Origin: Candidatus Eiseniibacteriota bacterium
GTDB taxonomy: Bacteria; Eisenbacteria; RBG-16-71-46; SZUA-252
Length of the DNA stretch: 64,000 nt
Assembly: GCA_005893305.1 (NCBI GenBank)
Contig: VBOZ01000033.1
Location: 79,058 to 143,057, forward strand
Reading direction: 5' to 3'
Positions 16,905-25,891 of the stretch are shown here, piece by piece. Made by a program: the position numbers and the translations under genes. The notes beneath the pieces are model-generated. The model searched no databases. It worked only from the letters and a program-made list of their open reading frames with translations, and had not been told where the DNA came from. Position 1 is the stretch's first letter. Every line of letters starts with the position of its first letter.

Positions 16905-18060
16905 GGAACAGGTACGAGTTGCCCTTGGCTTCGTCGTACTTGGTCAGCGTGATCGGGACCTTGGCCAGCTTCTCCATGTAGGCCTTCACCTGCGCCGGAT
17001 CCTTGTAGTCGGCTTTTCCTTCGACGGAGTCGACCATCAGATCGGTCATCGCCCGGATCGATAGCATCACCTCGGGCACCGGCCACGTCGCGAAGTGCCC
17101 CGTCATATGGTGATCGGCGATCACGCGCTTGTTCTCCGCGTTGATGTACGCCATGTCGCCCGCCTTGTCGGCCGGGATCGCGATGCCCAGCGCCGTCGGA
17201 TAGCCGTGGGTCGGACTGGGGCAGCACTGCTCGGGAATGTACCCGCCGTTTGTCACCACGGCCTTGATCATCGGGTCCATCATCCCGCAGTTGGTCGAGA
17301 AGAACGCGGTCTTGGGACCGTAGGTCTTGAGCTCCCGAGGAACGTCCTCGAGCACGAACTGCTGGGTCGCGTTCAAGCCTCCCTCGCCCATCGGGTCGGG
17401 CGCGGTCACGAAGTGGAACCGGATCCCATTAGCCGCCGCGGCCGTCTTCATGATGTCGCGCCGCCGCGAGATGAGCTCCTGCGACATGTGGCGCGGGAAG
17501 GAATAGTGGATCAGGTCGGTGACGCCCATCATCTTCGCGACGCCCACGATCGTCTTTCCGCGGGCGAGCTGGTCGGGCTGGATCGACAGATCGACCGTGG
17601 AGTTCACCATGGCGGGGTCTTCGTGCGCTTCGATAAACGCGATCTTGATGTCGGGGCGCTTCTCACGGATCTTTCGGACCGCCGGGATCGAGCCCGGGAT
17701 CGCCTGGCCCGCGATGATGACCTTGACGGCAGGATCGTCGGAGAGCCCGACGAGCTGCGCGATCACCGTCTCCTGCTCGTTCATGAAGTTGTCGGGGTAG
17801 GTCACGTGCTTCACGTGGTCGGCGCCGTACTTCTTGATGATCATCTGGGCGGCGCGGAACTCGTCCTCACCCTGTGAGACGGTGCCGGTCATGATGCCGA
17901 TCTTGAAATCGATCGCGCGCTCCAGCGGGGCGGAGGCTTGGTCGGCCTCCGTCTTCGCAGCTCCGCTCTTGCCGCAGCCCTGAAGGGAGAAGACGAGAAA
18001 TGGGATCGCCGCGCTCGCGACGATCGCCGAGGCGGCGCGAAACAGACGTTGGCTCTTCAT
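16882..18060 (-). CDS. DUF3798-family ABC substrate-binding lipoprotein
   Basis: ATG 18060 after GGAGG; lipobox LQGC; KIGIMTGTVSQGEDE, HVTYPDNFM, HYSFPRHMS, TAPDP, FFSTNC, CCPSPTHGYP. Confidence 0.85.
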   Translation of the reverse strand: MKSQRLFRAASAIVASAAIPFLVFSLQGCGKSGAAKTEADQASAPLERAIDFKIGIMTGTVSQGEDEFRAAQMIIKKYGADHVKHVTYPDNFMNEQETVIAQLVGLSDDPAVKVIIAGQAIPGSIPAVRKIREKRPDIKIAFIEAHEDPAMVNSTVDLSIQPDQLARGKTIVGVAKMMGVTDLIHYSFPRHMSQELISRRRDIMKTAAAANGIRFHFVTAPDPMGEGGLNATQQFVLEDVPRELKTYGPKTAFFSTNCGMMDPMIKAVVTNGGYIPEQCCPSPTHGYPTALGIAIPADKAGDMAYINAENKRVIADHHMTGHFATWPVPEVMLSIRAMTDLMVDSVEGKADYKDPAQVKAYMEKLAKVPITLTKYDEAKGNSYLFLVSNIYY

Positions 18061-18201
18061 TCTGAGATTGCCTCCACCCGCGGGAGCGGGGATATGCGTT
18101 CCGGCCAAACGGTTCGGAAGGCGTCGGGGCCGCGGGCCCCACAAAGCAATACTACCAAACGCCGCAAAAGGTCACCAGAAATGGTACTTTCGGCCTCCCC
18201 T

Positions 18202-19413
18202 ATGCCGCCGCTGATTCTTGCCGCCGCGCTCCTCGAAGGCCTCTCCCTCACCCTGATTCAGGGCTATTTGCCCCTATACGTGCGTCGCGCGCTGGACGGC
18301 TCGTCGTACGTCACCGTGGCGCTCCTGGTCGCGGTACCGGCGCTCGGGACGATGGTCGCAAGCAACCTCTGGGGCGGGCTTTCGGACGTCACGGGGAGGC
18401 TCAAGCCGATGATCCTCGTGGGGATCTTCGGCTATGCCGCGGCGGCCGGATTGATCCCCGCGTTCCACCAAGGGTTCGGGATCATGGCCTACGTCGGAGC
18501 CGCCTCGCTCTGTTATGGGACGCTCGCGCCTTCCCTCAAAACCTACGTGACGCTCTGGCGTTCGGACCGGAAGGAACAGTCGATCGCCTACGTGTTGATG
18601 GCCCAGAGCGCGGGATGGTGCCTCGGAAGCTTCGGGGGTGGGTGGCTTCTCGAAGGGGGCATCGAGTCAGGCATGCGCGCGGCCCTCTGGACCTGCGCGG
18701 CGCTCCTGGCGGCGCACGGGCTCCTTTGCGCGGTCGCGCTCCCCGATCAGAGACGAGAGGCGCTGGCGCCGAAAGGACGGCGCGGATGGCTGGCCGGGCT
18801 GGCCCAGGACCTCGCCTCTCTCTACGAGAACCCCCGGCTCCTCTCGCTCTGCTTTCTCGCGTTCCTGTTCGTATCGGGGAACTACGCGGCGTGGGGCTTC
18901 TTCTCCGTCTACATGTTCGAGCGGTTGGGCGCCGACATCCGGACGATCCGCTACGCGCTTGCCGCCTCGAGCGTCCTGGGCGTCGTATCGTTTCTCTACG
19001 TGGGGCCGCTCATCCGGCGATTCGGCGGCCAGCTCGTGCTCGCGGTCGGGGTCACGCTGTACGTCGGGATGTACATGGGGATGGCGCTCACCCGCGACCC
19101 GGCGGTCTTCGGGGCGTTCTACGCGCTCCCTTTGTTCAGCCTGGTGAACGTCAGCGCGAACGCGCTCGCGAGCGAGTACTCGATGGCGGCGCAGCGCGGC
19201 GGTGGGCTGGGTGTCCTGAACGGGACCTACGCGCTCGCGACGATCGTTGGTCCCGTGACCGCCGGTCTCCTGGCCGATCGCTTTGGATTGGGCGCGATTC
19301 CGTGGCTCTCGTTCACGTTTCTGCTCTCGTCGGTGCCGATCGCGTGGCTCCAGGTGGCCGCGACGAGGCGTCGGCGGGCGGAATCGGAAGAAATGCGCGT
19401 TGATGCGGGGTAG
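18202..19413 (+). CDS. MFS transporter
   Basis: About 12 TM helices; motif A-like WGGLSDVTGRLK and GLLADRFG. Confidence 0.88.
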   Translation: MPPLILAAALLEGLSLTLIQGYLPLYVRRALDGSSYVTVALLVAVPALGTMVASNLWGGLSDVTGRLKPMILVGIFGYAAAAGLIPAFHQGFGIMAYVGAASLCYGTLAPSLKTYVTLWRSDRKEQSIAYVLMAQSAGWCLGSFGGGWLLEGGIESGMRAALWTCAALLAAHGLLCAVALPDQRREALAPKGRRGWLAGLAQDLASLYENPRLLSLCFLAFLFVSGNYAAWGFFSVYMFERLGADIRTIRYALAASSVLGVVSFLYVGPLIRRFGGQLVLAVGVTLYVGMYMGMALTRDPAVFGAFYALPLFSLVNVSANALASEYSMAAQRGGGLGVLNGTYALATIVGPVTAGLLADRFGLGAIPWLSFTFLLSSVPIAWLQVAATRRRRAESEEMRVDAG

Positions 19414-19506
19414 ATCGCGATGATATCCTCATGTGCTGGATGTTGGACTCCTCCTCCGGCGGGGCAAGGCATCCAATGCTAACAACACCAAGGACTTAGG
19501 CTCCCA

Positions 19507-20064
19507 ATGAGAAAGCAGCTCGCCCTCCTCGCAGCGCTGAGCCTTTTGACCGCACCCGGCCCTTCTCCGGCGGCCGCGATGCCGCCCGATGCCGCCAAGT
19601 CCGGCGCCGAAGAGGAGGGCGTCAAGCCCGCGGAGAAGCTCGAGTGGCTCGCGTTTGATGCCGCGACCGCCCGTGCGAAGAACCAGAAGAAACACATGAT
19701 CGTCGACATCTACACGACCTGGTGCGGGTGGTGCCGCGTGATGGAGCAGCAGACCTACGGCGATCCCGAGGTCGCCGCCTACCTGCGCGAGAACTTCGTC
19801 CTGGCGAAGGTGAACGGCGAATCTTCCGCGAAGCTAAAATGGATGGGGAAGGATCTGACCGAACGCCAGTTCGCGCGCGCCGTCGGGGTCACCGGATACC
19901 CCGCGACCTATTTCCTGAAGCCCGACGCGGAGATGCTGGGCGGAATGGGCGGATTCCTCAGGCCTCCCGAGTTCATGATCTACGCCCGCTACGTGAGCAC
20001 GCGCTGGTACGAGAAGGGAAAGTTCAACGACTACATCGACTCGCTTCGAGCCGCGGTCAAGTAG
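19507..20064 (+). CDS. Exported thioredoxin-fold protein (SoxW/DUF255-like)
   Basis: Signal peptide; YTTWCGWC; cis-Pro loop VTGYPATYF. Confidence 0.85.
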   Translation: MRKQLALLAALSLLTAPGPSPAAAMPPDAAKSGAEEEGVKPAEKLEWLAFDAATARAKNQKKHMIVDIYTTWCGWCRVMEQQTYGDPEVAAYLRENFVLAKVNGESSAKLKWMGKDLTERQFARAVGVTGYPATYFLKPDAEMLGGMGGFLRPPEFMIYARYVSTRWYEKGKFNDYIDSLRAAVK

Positions 20065-20091
20065 CAGCAGCACGGAGGCCAGGACCCGCGC

Positions 20092-21087
20092 GTGAAGCTC
20101 CCACCCAAGCTCTCCGGCTCAGAGCCCGTATCGACGGGCGAATCCCCGGTCGTGCCTGAAAATCCGCAGGAGGTTCCCGACCGCTTGCCGCGGGCGGCCG
20201 TTCCCGCGCTCGACGCGATCCTCGGACTGCCGTTCCGCGTGCTCGATGACGGGTTTGTCCGCGTCGTCGATTACATGGGGGACGACACGGCGGTCGTGCG
20301 CGCCGCGCGGATTTCATACGGCGTCGGCACCAAGCGCGTGCAGGAAGACCGCGGTCTCGTTCGATATCTCATGCGTCACCTGCACACCACGCCGTTCGAG
20401 ATGTGCGAGATCAAGTTTCACGTGCGCGTGCCCATGGATACGTGGCGGCAGTGGATCCGGCACAGAAGCGCAAATGTGAATGAATATTCGACGAGATATT
20501 CCGTCGCCATCGATGCTGCCCAGCGGACGGCGCCCGACGAGTGGCGGATGCAGTCGACCGGGAATCGACAGGGAAGCGCGGGATTCCTACCCACCGACGT
20601 CGGCGCGCAGCTATCGGCCGAGGAGCGGGAAATACAAGAGAAGGCGCGGGCGGCGTACGAAGCGCGTCTCGCGGCCGGAGTCGCCCGCGAGCAGGCGAGG
20701 AAGGATCTTCCCCTCTCCACGTACACCGAGGCTTACTGGAAGATCGACCTACACAACCTCCTCCATTTCCTGAATCTCCGCATGGACGATCACGCTCAGG
20801 ACGAGATTCGCGCCTACTCGAAGGTCATCGGCGAGGAGATCGTGGCCAAGTGGGTGCCGGTCGTCTGGGAGGCATTCCTCGACTACCGTCGGCACGCGCT
20901 TCCGCTCTCGCGGATCGAATTCGAGATCATCAGCGCCATCACGTCCGGCTCCCCGGATCGCGCCCGCAGCATCGCGGCCGAGCGGGGCCTTCTCAATCCG
21001 AGCGCTGAAGGGACCTTGACTCCCAATCGCGAGCGGAGAGAAATCGAGGCGAAGCTGAAAGCGTTCGGGCTGACACCGCCCTGGTAG
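20092..21087 (+). CDS. thyX: FAD-dependent thymidylate synthase
   Basis: AARISY, HTTPFE, RQWIRHRSANVNEYSTRYS (RHRx7S), REQAR, HAQDEIR; start uncertain. Confidence 0.95.
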   Translation: MKLPPKLSGSEPVSTGESPVVPENPQEVPDRLPRAAVPALDAILGLPFRVLDDGFVRVVDYMGDDTAVVRAARISYGVGTKRVQEDRGLVRYLMRHLHTTPFEMCEIKFHVRVPMDTWRQWIRHRSANVNEYSTRYSVAIDAAQRTAPDEWRMQSTGNRQGSAGFLPTDVGAQLSAEEREIQEKARAAYEARLAAGVAREQARKDLPLSTYTEAYWKIDLHNLLHFLNLRMDDHAQDEIRAYSKVIGEEIVAKWVPVVWEAFLDYRRHALPLSRIEFEIISAITSGSPDRARSIAAERGLLNPSAEGTLTPNRERREIEAKLKAFGLTPPW

Positions 21088-21132
21088 TCTCGCGGGGCGG
21101 CTCGAAGGGGAGCCCCTCCGCACCCCGCCCCT

Positions 21133-21933
21133 CTAATCGATCCCCAACCACCGCGGAAGCTCGCTCACGCTCTCCAGCACCGCCGTCGGCGGGGGTTGGA
21201 CACTCTTCTCATCGCCAGGTCGATACTTCCCGGTCTTCACCAGCACGCCCTGCATCCCCAACGCGACGCTCGCGGCCACGTCGAACTCCGCGTCATCCCC
21301 GACCATGACGATCTCCGAGCGGGACACCCCGGCCTGCGCCGCGACGGCGTCGTAGAGGAGCGGAGACGGCTTTCCGAGCGTCATGGCCTCACGCCCCGAG
21401 GCGTAGGTGAGGAATGCCGCCAAGGGCCCGATGTCGGTCACGAGCTCGGCGCCCTTCTTGAAGTAGCGATTACGCTGGAGCGCGTACAGGGCCGCGCCGT
21501 CCAGGAGCCTCCGGAACGCGGGCTGGAGATCGGCCACCCGATAACCGTGCGCTTCGGTGGCCAGGACGACCGCGGGGCCCGAGGGATCTTCACGAAACCA
21601 CGAATAATCGCCGCGAGCCGCCTCCTCCACGAGGAGAATCCCGCTGTCGTGTCCCTTCTCGGGCAGCACCCGGCGGGCCACCGATACGGGGGTCCAGAGC
21701 GATTCGGCGACGTCCAGGAGCTTGAGCCCGATCAGGTGCCGCGCGATGGTGCCGTGCGGCACGCTCGCGGTGTTGGTCACCAGGCGGACCGGCAATGCCG
21801 CCCGAAGCCGCGCCATGACGGCGGCCGCGCCGGGAAGAGCGGGGCCGGCCACTCCGTCGGTCAGCGTTCCATCCACATCGAGGCAGACCAGGGCGATTCG
21901 CCGTTTCACGCCGCATACCCTCCCGCCGGGCAC
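21133..21933 (-). CDS. HAD-IIA hydrolase (LHPP/HDHD2-like)
   Basis: LDVDGTL, VTN, LGKPS, MVGDD...DV, VKTGKY. Confidence 0.9.
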   Translation of the reverse strand: MPGGRVCGVKRRIALVCLDVDGTLTDGVAGPALPGAAAVMARLRAALPVRLVTNTASVPHGTIARHLIGLKLLDVAESLWTPVSVARRVLPEKGHDSGILLVEEAARGDYSWFREDPSGPAVVLATEAHGYRVADLQPAFRRLLDGAALYALQRNRYFKKGAELVTDIGPLAAFLTYASGREAMTLGKPSPLLYDAVAAQAGVSRSEIVMVGDDAEFDVAASVALGMQGVLVKTGKYRPGDEKSVQPPPTAVLESVSELPRWLGID

Positions 21934-21957
21934 ACCGTCCCGTCAATCGCTCGCGCT

Positions 21958-23526
21958 CTACGCTCCGCGAAGACGGCCCAGCAGCCGCTGTAGCTCCTCC
22001 ACGCGGAGGATCGTCGCCGCGCCGAGGAAGACGAGGGCGGCGGCGGCAAACCCCGCCCCCACAACGGCCAGCCGCGCGCCAAGGCTCTCGAGACCGGCGA
22101 CGCCTTCGACCGCGCCGGCCGTGCACCAGGCCGCGCCCCCGGCGAGGGCCGCTGCCAGCAAGATCTTCGCGGCGGAGAACGCCAGCGCCCGTCCCCCGAT
22201 CCCGCCGATCCGCGACCGAAGCATCCAGAACAAGAGCGCGAAGTTGAGCACCGATCCGATCGAGGTCGCGAGCGCGAGCCCCGCGTGCCGCATCGGACCC
22301 ATCAGGAGAAAGTTGAGGCCGACCGTGATGCCGATCGAGATGAATGAGACCGTGACCGGAATCCGCGCCATGCCCAGGGAGTAGAAGGCCGGAACCATCA
22401 CCCGGACCGCCGAGAACGCCGCGAGGCCCGCGGCGTAGGCCCAGAGCGCCTTCGCGGTCTCGACCGTGTCCGACGCGCCGAATTTGCCGTGCTGGTAGAG
22501 GAGCGCCACGATCGGTCTCGCGAGCGCGATCAAGACCAAGGTCGCCGGCAGCGTGAGCAGGAAGACCAGGCGGAGCGAGGACGAGAGCGTCTCCTTCAGG
22601 CCCGCGATGTTCTTCTGGGCGGCGTGGCGCGCGACCTCCGCCAGCGTCACCGTGGCGATGGCGACCCCGAAGAGGCCGATCGGGAGCTGCATCAGGCGGT
22701 AGGCATAGTTGAGCCAGGAGACGCTCCCCTCCTGAAGCGAGGATGCGAGGAACGTGCTCACGAAGTTGTTCACCTGAACGGCCGCGATGCCGACCGCGGC
22801 CGGCGTCATCAGCGAAACCATGTGGAGGACGTCGGGATCCCGAAAGGAGACCTCGGGCCGCCATCGATAGCCCTGCGCCCGGAGCGCCGGCACCTGGATC
22901 AAGAGCTGGCCGAGCCCACCCAGCAGCGCGCCGAACGCCATGCCCACGATCGGCTCCAGACCGAAGCGTGGGCAGAGGGGCGCGATCAGGAAGCCCGCGG
23001 CGATGAGCGCCAAATTCAGCATCGCGGGCGCCACGGCGGGGATGAAGAAGACGCGCCGCGTGTTGAGGAATCCCATCACGGCGGCCGCGGTCGAGACCAG
23101 GACCAGGAACGGGGTCATGATGCGCGTCATGAGCGTGGTCAGCTCGAGCTTCCCCGGCACGGCGGCGAATCCCGGCGCGAGCGTGCGCACGATCCACGGT
23201 GCGGCGAGGATCCCGACGAGGCAGATCGCGGAGACGACGACGAGGAGGAAGTTGATCACGAGGTTGGCCAGCCGAAGGGCCGCCTCCGGACCGCTTCGCT
23301 CCTGCGCCCGCGACAGCGTCGGGACGAAGGCGGCGCTCATGGCCCCCTCGGCGAACAGGTCCCGGAGCAGGTTGGGGATCCGGAAGGCGACCTGGAACGC
23401 GTCGACCGCGAACCCGGCACCGAATTGGGCCGCGAACACCTGCTCGCGGACGAGCCCCAGGACGCGGCTCAGGAACGTGGCGGCGGAGATGACCCCGGCC
23501 GATCGCGCTACGTTATTCTGGCTCAC
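21958..23526 (-). CDS. murJ: Lipid II flippase MurJ (MviN)
   Basis: SRVLGLVRE, AFRIPNLLRDLFAEGAMSAAFVP, YAYRLMQLPIG. Confidence 0.96.
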   Translation of the reverse strand: MSQNNVARSAGVISAATFLSRVLGLVREQVFAAQFGAGFAVDAFQVAFRIPNLLRDLFAEGAMSAAFVPTLSRAQERSGPEAALRLANLVINFLLVVVSAICLVGILAAPWIVRTLAPGFAAVPGKLELTTLMTRIMTPFLVLVSTAAAVMGFLNTRRVFFIPAVAPAMLNLALIAAGFLIAPLCPRFGLEPIVGMAFGALLGGLGQLLIQVPALRAQGYRWRPEVSFRDPDVLHMVSLMTPAAVGIAAVQVNNFVSTFLASSLQEGSVSWLNYAYRLMQLPIGLFGVAIATVTLAEVARHAAQKNIAGLKETLSSSLRLVFLLTLPATLVLIALARPIVALLYQHGKFGASDTVETAKALWAYAAGLAAFSAVRVMVPAFYSLGMARIPVTVSFISIGITVGLNFLLMGPMRHAGLALATSIGSVLNFALLFWMLRSRIGGIGGRALAFSAAKILLAAALAGGAAWCTAGAVEGVAGLESLGARLAVVGAGFAAAALVFLGAATILRVEELQRLLGRLRGA

Positions 23527-23578
23527 GGGGCCGGATCGTCGGCGGTGGGCCTTCCCTTGTCAAGCGCGGCCCCAGGTT

Positions 23579-23587
23579 TGATATAAT
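23579..23587 (+). promoter_or_regulatory. Extended -10 sigma-70 promoter element (TGATATAAT)
   Basis: Perfect TGnTATAAT; TTGTCA at 23557-23562 with a 19-nt spacer. Confidence 0.6.
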
Positions 23588-23666
23588 GTGTGTGTCCGGG
23601 GGCATCGGCGTCAGGCCCGCGGTCCTCGTCTCGACTGCGGGGGCCCATCCATCAGGAGCGACTTCC

Positions 23667-23927
23667 ATGAGCCCGAACGACCAGGATAAGGAAATCGTCG
23701 AACGCCTCATCGCGGAGACCAATCTATCGGCCCGGATGGACGCCTTGATCGGGGAGATCTGCGACAAGCTCCGCGAGTACGGAGTGGCGTCGCCCCACAA
23801 GGCCTTCAACGATCTGGTGGATCCCTTTCGTGAATACTTCATGTTGGAGTATGAAGAGGAGCGAGGGCTGGAGGACGCTGGCGAAGAGGTGGAGGACGAC
23901 GAGGAGGAGGACGAGCGCAGCTACTGA
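23667..23927 (+). CDS. Small acidic hypothetical protein (86 aa)
   Basis: AGGAG RBS before ATG 23667; own promoter; D/E-rich tail. Confidence 0.75.
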   Translation: MSPNDQDKEIVERLIAETNLSARMDALIGEICDKLREYGVASPHKAFNDLVDPFREYFMLEYEEERGLEDAGEEVEDDEEEDERSY

Positions 23928-24155
23928 ATTCTCGGCGGAGGCGTGATCCATTGCCACGCCTTCCCGCCCTCTTGGTGTCTCCAAGATCCTCGCGACCGGA
24001 TGTCGCGACCCCTTCCCGCATTCCCGCCGCATCCTCGAAGCGCCCGCCCGCGGCCCCTTTTCCCAAGGCTATTTCCGCTTGAGTACGGTGTCCCTAGGGC
24101 CGATGGCTCGTAGGACGGGAGTCTCCCCGTCTCGCGAATGCGTTGGGGGAGCCTC

Positions 24156-24749
24156 ATGATCGCGAAGCGCAAGGGGCAAGGCGCAGCGCGGGGTAAGGCC
24201 AGGGACGGTGTAGCGCCCATAGGAACGCGACCCAGCCGGCCGAAGCCACGGTACTGCATCGTCTGCGGCACCAAGCTTCGGCCGATTCGCGAGCACGGAG
24301 TCCGGAGAATGGCGTGTCCCCGGTGCGGCTTCATCGCGTACCGGAATCCGGTCCCGGCTTGCGGGGTGATCGTGATGCGAAGCGGCGAGGTCCTGCTCGC
24401 GAAGCGGGCGCACGAGCCGCGCCGCGGCTCGTGGGGGATTCCCGCGGGCTTCATGGAGTACGGCGAGCACCCGGAGCGCACGGCCGTTCGAGAGGCCAAG
24501 GAAGAGACGGGCCTCATCGTCCGCCTCTCGGGTCTCTTTGGAGTCTACGCGGGGCGGGACGACCCGCGCACGCGCGCGGTCCTGATCCTCTACCGGGCGA
24601 AGATCGTCCGCGGCCGGCTCAAGGCCGGCGACGATGCGAGCGAGGTGGGGTTCTTCGCGCTGGACCGGCTCCCAAAGCCGATCGCGTTTCGGGCGCACCG
24701 CGAGGCGCTCGGGGATTTACGTCGCATGGAGCGGAGGAAGAGTCGATGA
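24156..24749 (+). CDS. NUDIX hydrolase with N-terminal zinc ribbon
   Basis: CIVCG...CPRCG; Nudix box GFMEYGEHPERTAVREAKEETG; AGDDA. Confidence 0.92.
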   Translation: MIAKRKGQGAARGKARDGVAPIGTRPSRPKPRYCIVCGTKLRPIREHGVRRMACPRCGFIAYRNPVPACGVIVMRSGEVLLAKRAHEPRRGSWGIPAGFMEYGEHPERTAVREAKEETGLIVRLSGLFGVYAGRDDPRTRAVLILYRAKIVRGRLKAGDDASEVGFFALDRLPKPIAFRAHREALGDLRRMERRKSR

Positions 24750-25891
24750 GCATTCGCATCCTGCATCTGGCCGATCTCCACATCGGCGCCTCGTTCCCCT
24801 CGATGGGGGAGCGGAGTGAAGAGCGCGGACGCGATTTTCTATCGGCGTTCCTCCGGGCGGTCGAGTACGCAGCGACGAACCCGAAGCCGGTGGACCTGGT
24901 CGCGATCGCGGGCGACCTGTTCGACAACCACGATCCGGACGAGGGCCTGGTCTTCCAGATCGAGGCCGCCTTCGATCGACTCGACAAGGCGGGGCTGCCG
25001 GTCCTGATCGTTCCGGGGACGCACGACTCGCCTTCGTACCGGCGATCGATCTTCCGGCGCCTCCGGCTTCCGAAGAGCGCGCACCTCTTCCTGTCGCCGA
25101 CGCTCGAGGCGGGGCCGCATCTCACGATCGGCGGCGAGTCCATTCAGACGTACGGGATCGCCTACGATCCCGCCGTTTCCCAGCGTCCGCTCGGGGAGTT
25201 CCGGCCGGCCGGTCTCGCGGATTACCACGTGGGCATCCTCCACGCCGCCCTTCAGGACAACCCGGCGTGGAAGATTCGGCCGACGGACCTGCCGATCAGC
25301 CGCACGGAGATCGCCGCGTCCGGCCTTCACTATCTCGCCCTGGGCCACTTCCACAACTTCGCCGAGATCCGCGAAGGCGGGTCGGTGGCGGTCTATCCGG
25401 GCACGCTCGAAGGGAAGAAATTCGGAGAAAACGGTCCTCGCTATCTGGTCACGGCCACGCTGAGCCGGGACTCGATCTCGCTCGAGCGCACCCCGTGGAA
25501 CGTGCGGACCGTGCACGATACGACGGTCGACCTGAGCTCGACCGAGGTCCGCGACGAATCGCAGCTCGAGGGCCGCATCATGGCCTTCGCCGGCGACCGC
25601 GAGATCGCGCGCGTGCGCCTGGAAGGCCCTGCGGACTTCGTCTTCGATCCGGAGCGCCTTCAGAAACGGGTCGCCCCGCGCTTCTTCCACGTCGAGATCG
25701 AGGACGCGACCTACGTCCTGAACGCTTCGCTACTCGAACGATATCGCGAGGAGGCCACCGTCCGCGGCGTCTTCGTTCGCAGCATGCTCGAGCGGATCGA
25801 CAAGGCCCCCGACGCGCCGGCGCGTGAGACGGCCGCGCTCGCCCTTCGACTCGGCCTCGCCGAATTCCAGAATCCACGCCATGCGCATTGA
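24746..25891 (+). CDS. SbcD/Mre11/YhaO-like DNA repair exonuclease (metallophosphoesterase)
   Basis: HLADLHIG, AGDLFD, PGTHD, YLALGHFH, YPGT; ATGA overlap with the NUDIX gene. Confidence 0.92.
   Translation: MSIRILHLADLHIGASFPSMGERSEERGRDFLSAFLRAVEYAATNPKPVDLVAIAGDLFDNHDPDEGLVFQIEAAFDRLDKAGLPVLIVPGTHDSPSYRRSIFRRLRLPKSAHLFLSPTLEAGPHLTIGGESIQTYGIAYDPAVSQRPLGEFRPAGLADYHVGILHAALQDNPAWKIRPTDLPISRTEIAASGLHYLALGHFHNFAEIREGGSVAVYPGTLEGKKFGENGPRYLVTATLSRDSISLERTPWNVRTVHDTTVDLSSTEVRDESQLEGRIMAFAGDREIARVRLEGPADFVFDPERLQKRVAPRFFHVEIEDATYVLNASLLERYREEATVRGVFVRSMLERIDKAPDAPARETAALALRLGLAEFQNPRHAH

Noticed and set aside
19414..19506. Possible tRNA or riboswitch in the MFS-thioredoxin spacer (TGGATG...CATCCA stem)
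   Set aside because: No T-loop/D-loop or riboswitch consensus; only a short stem
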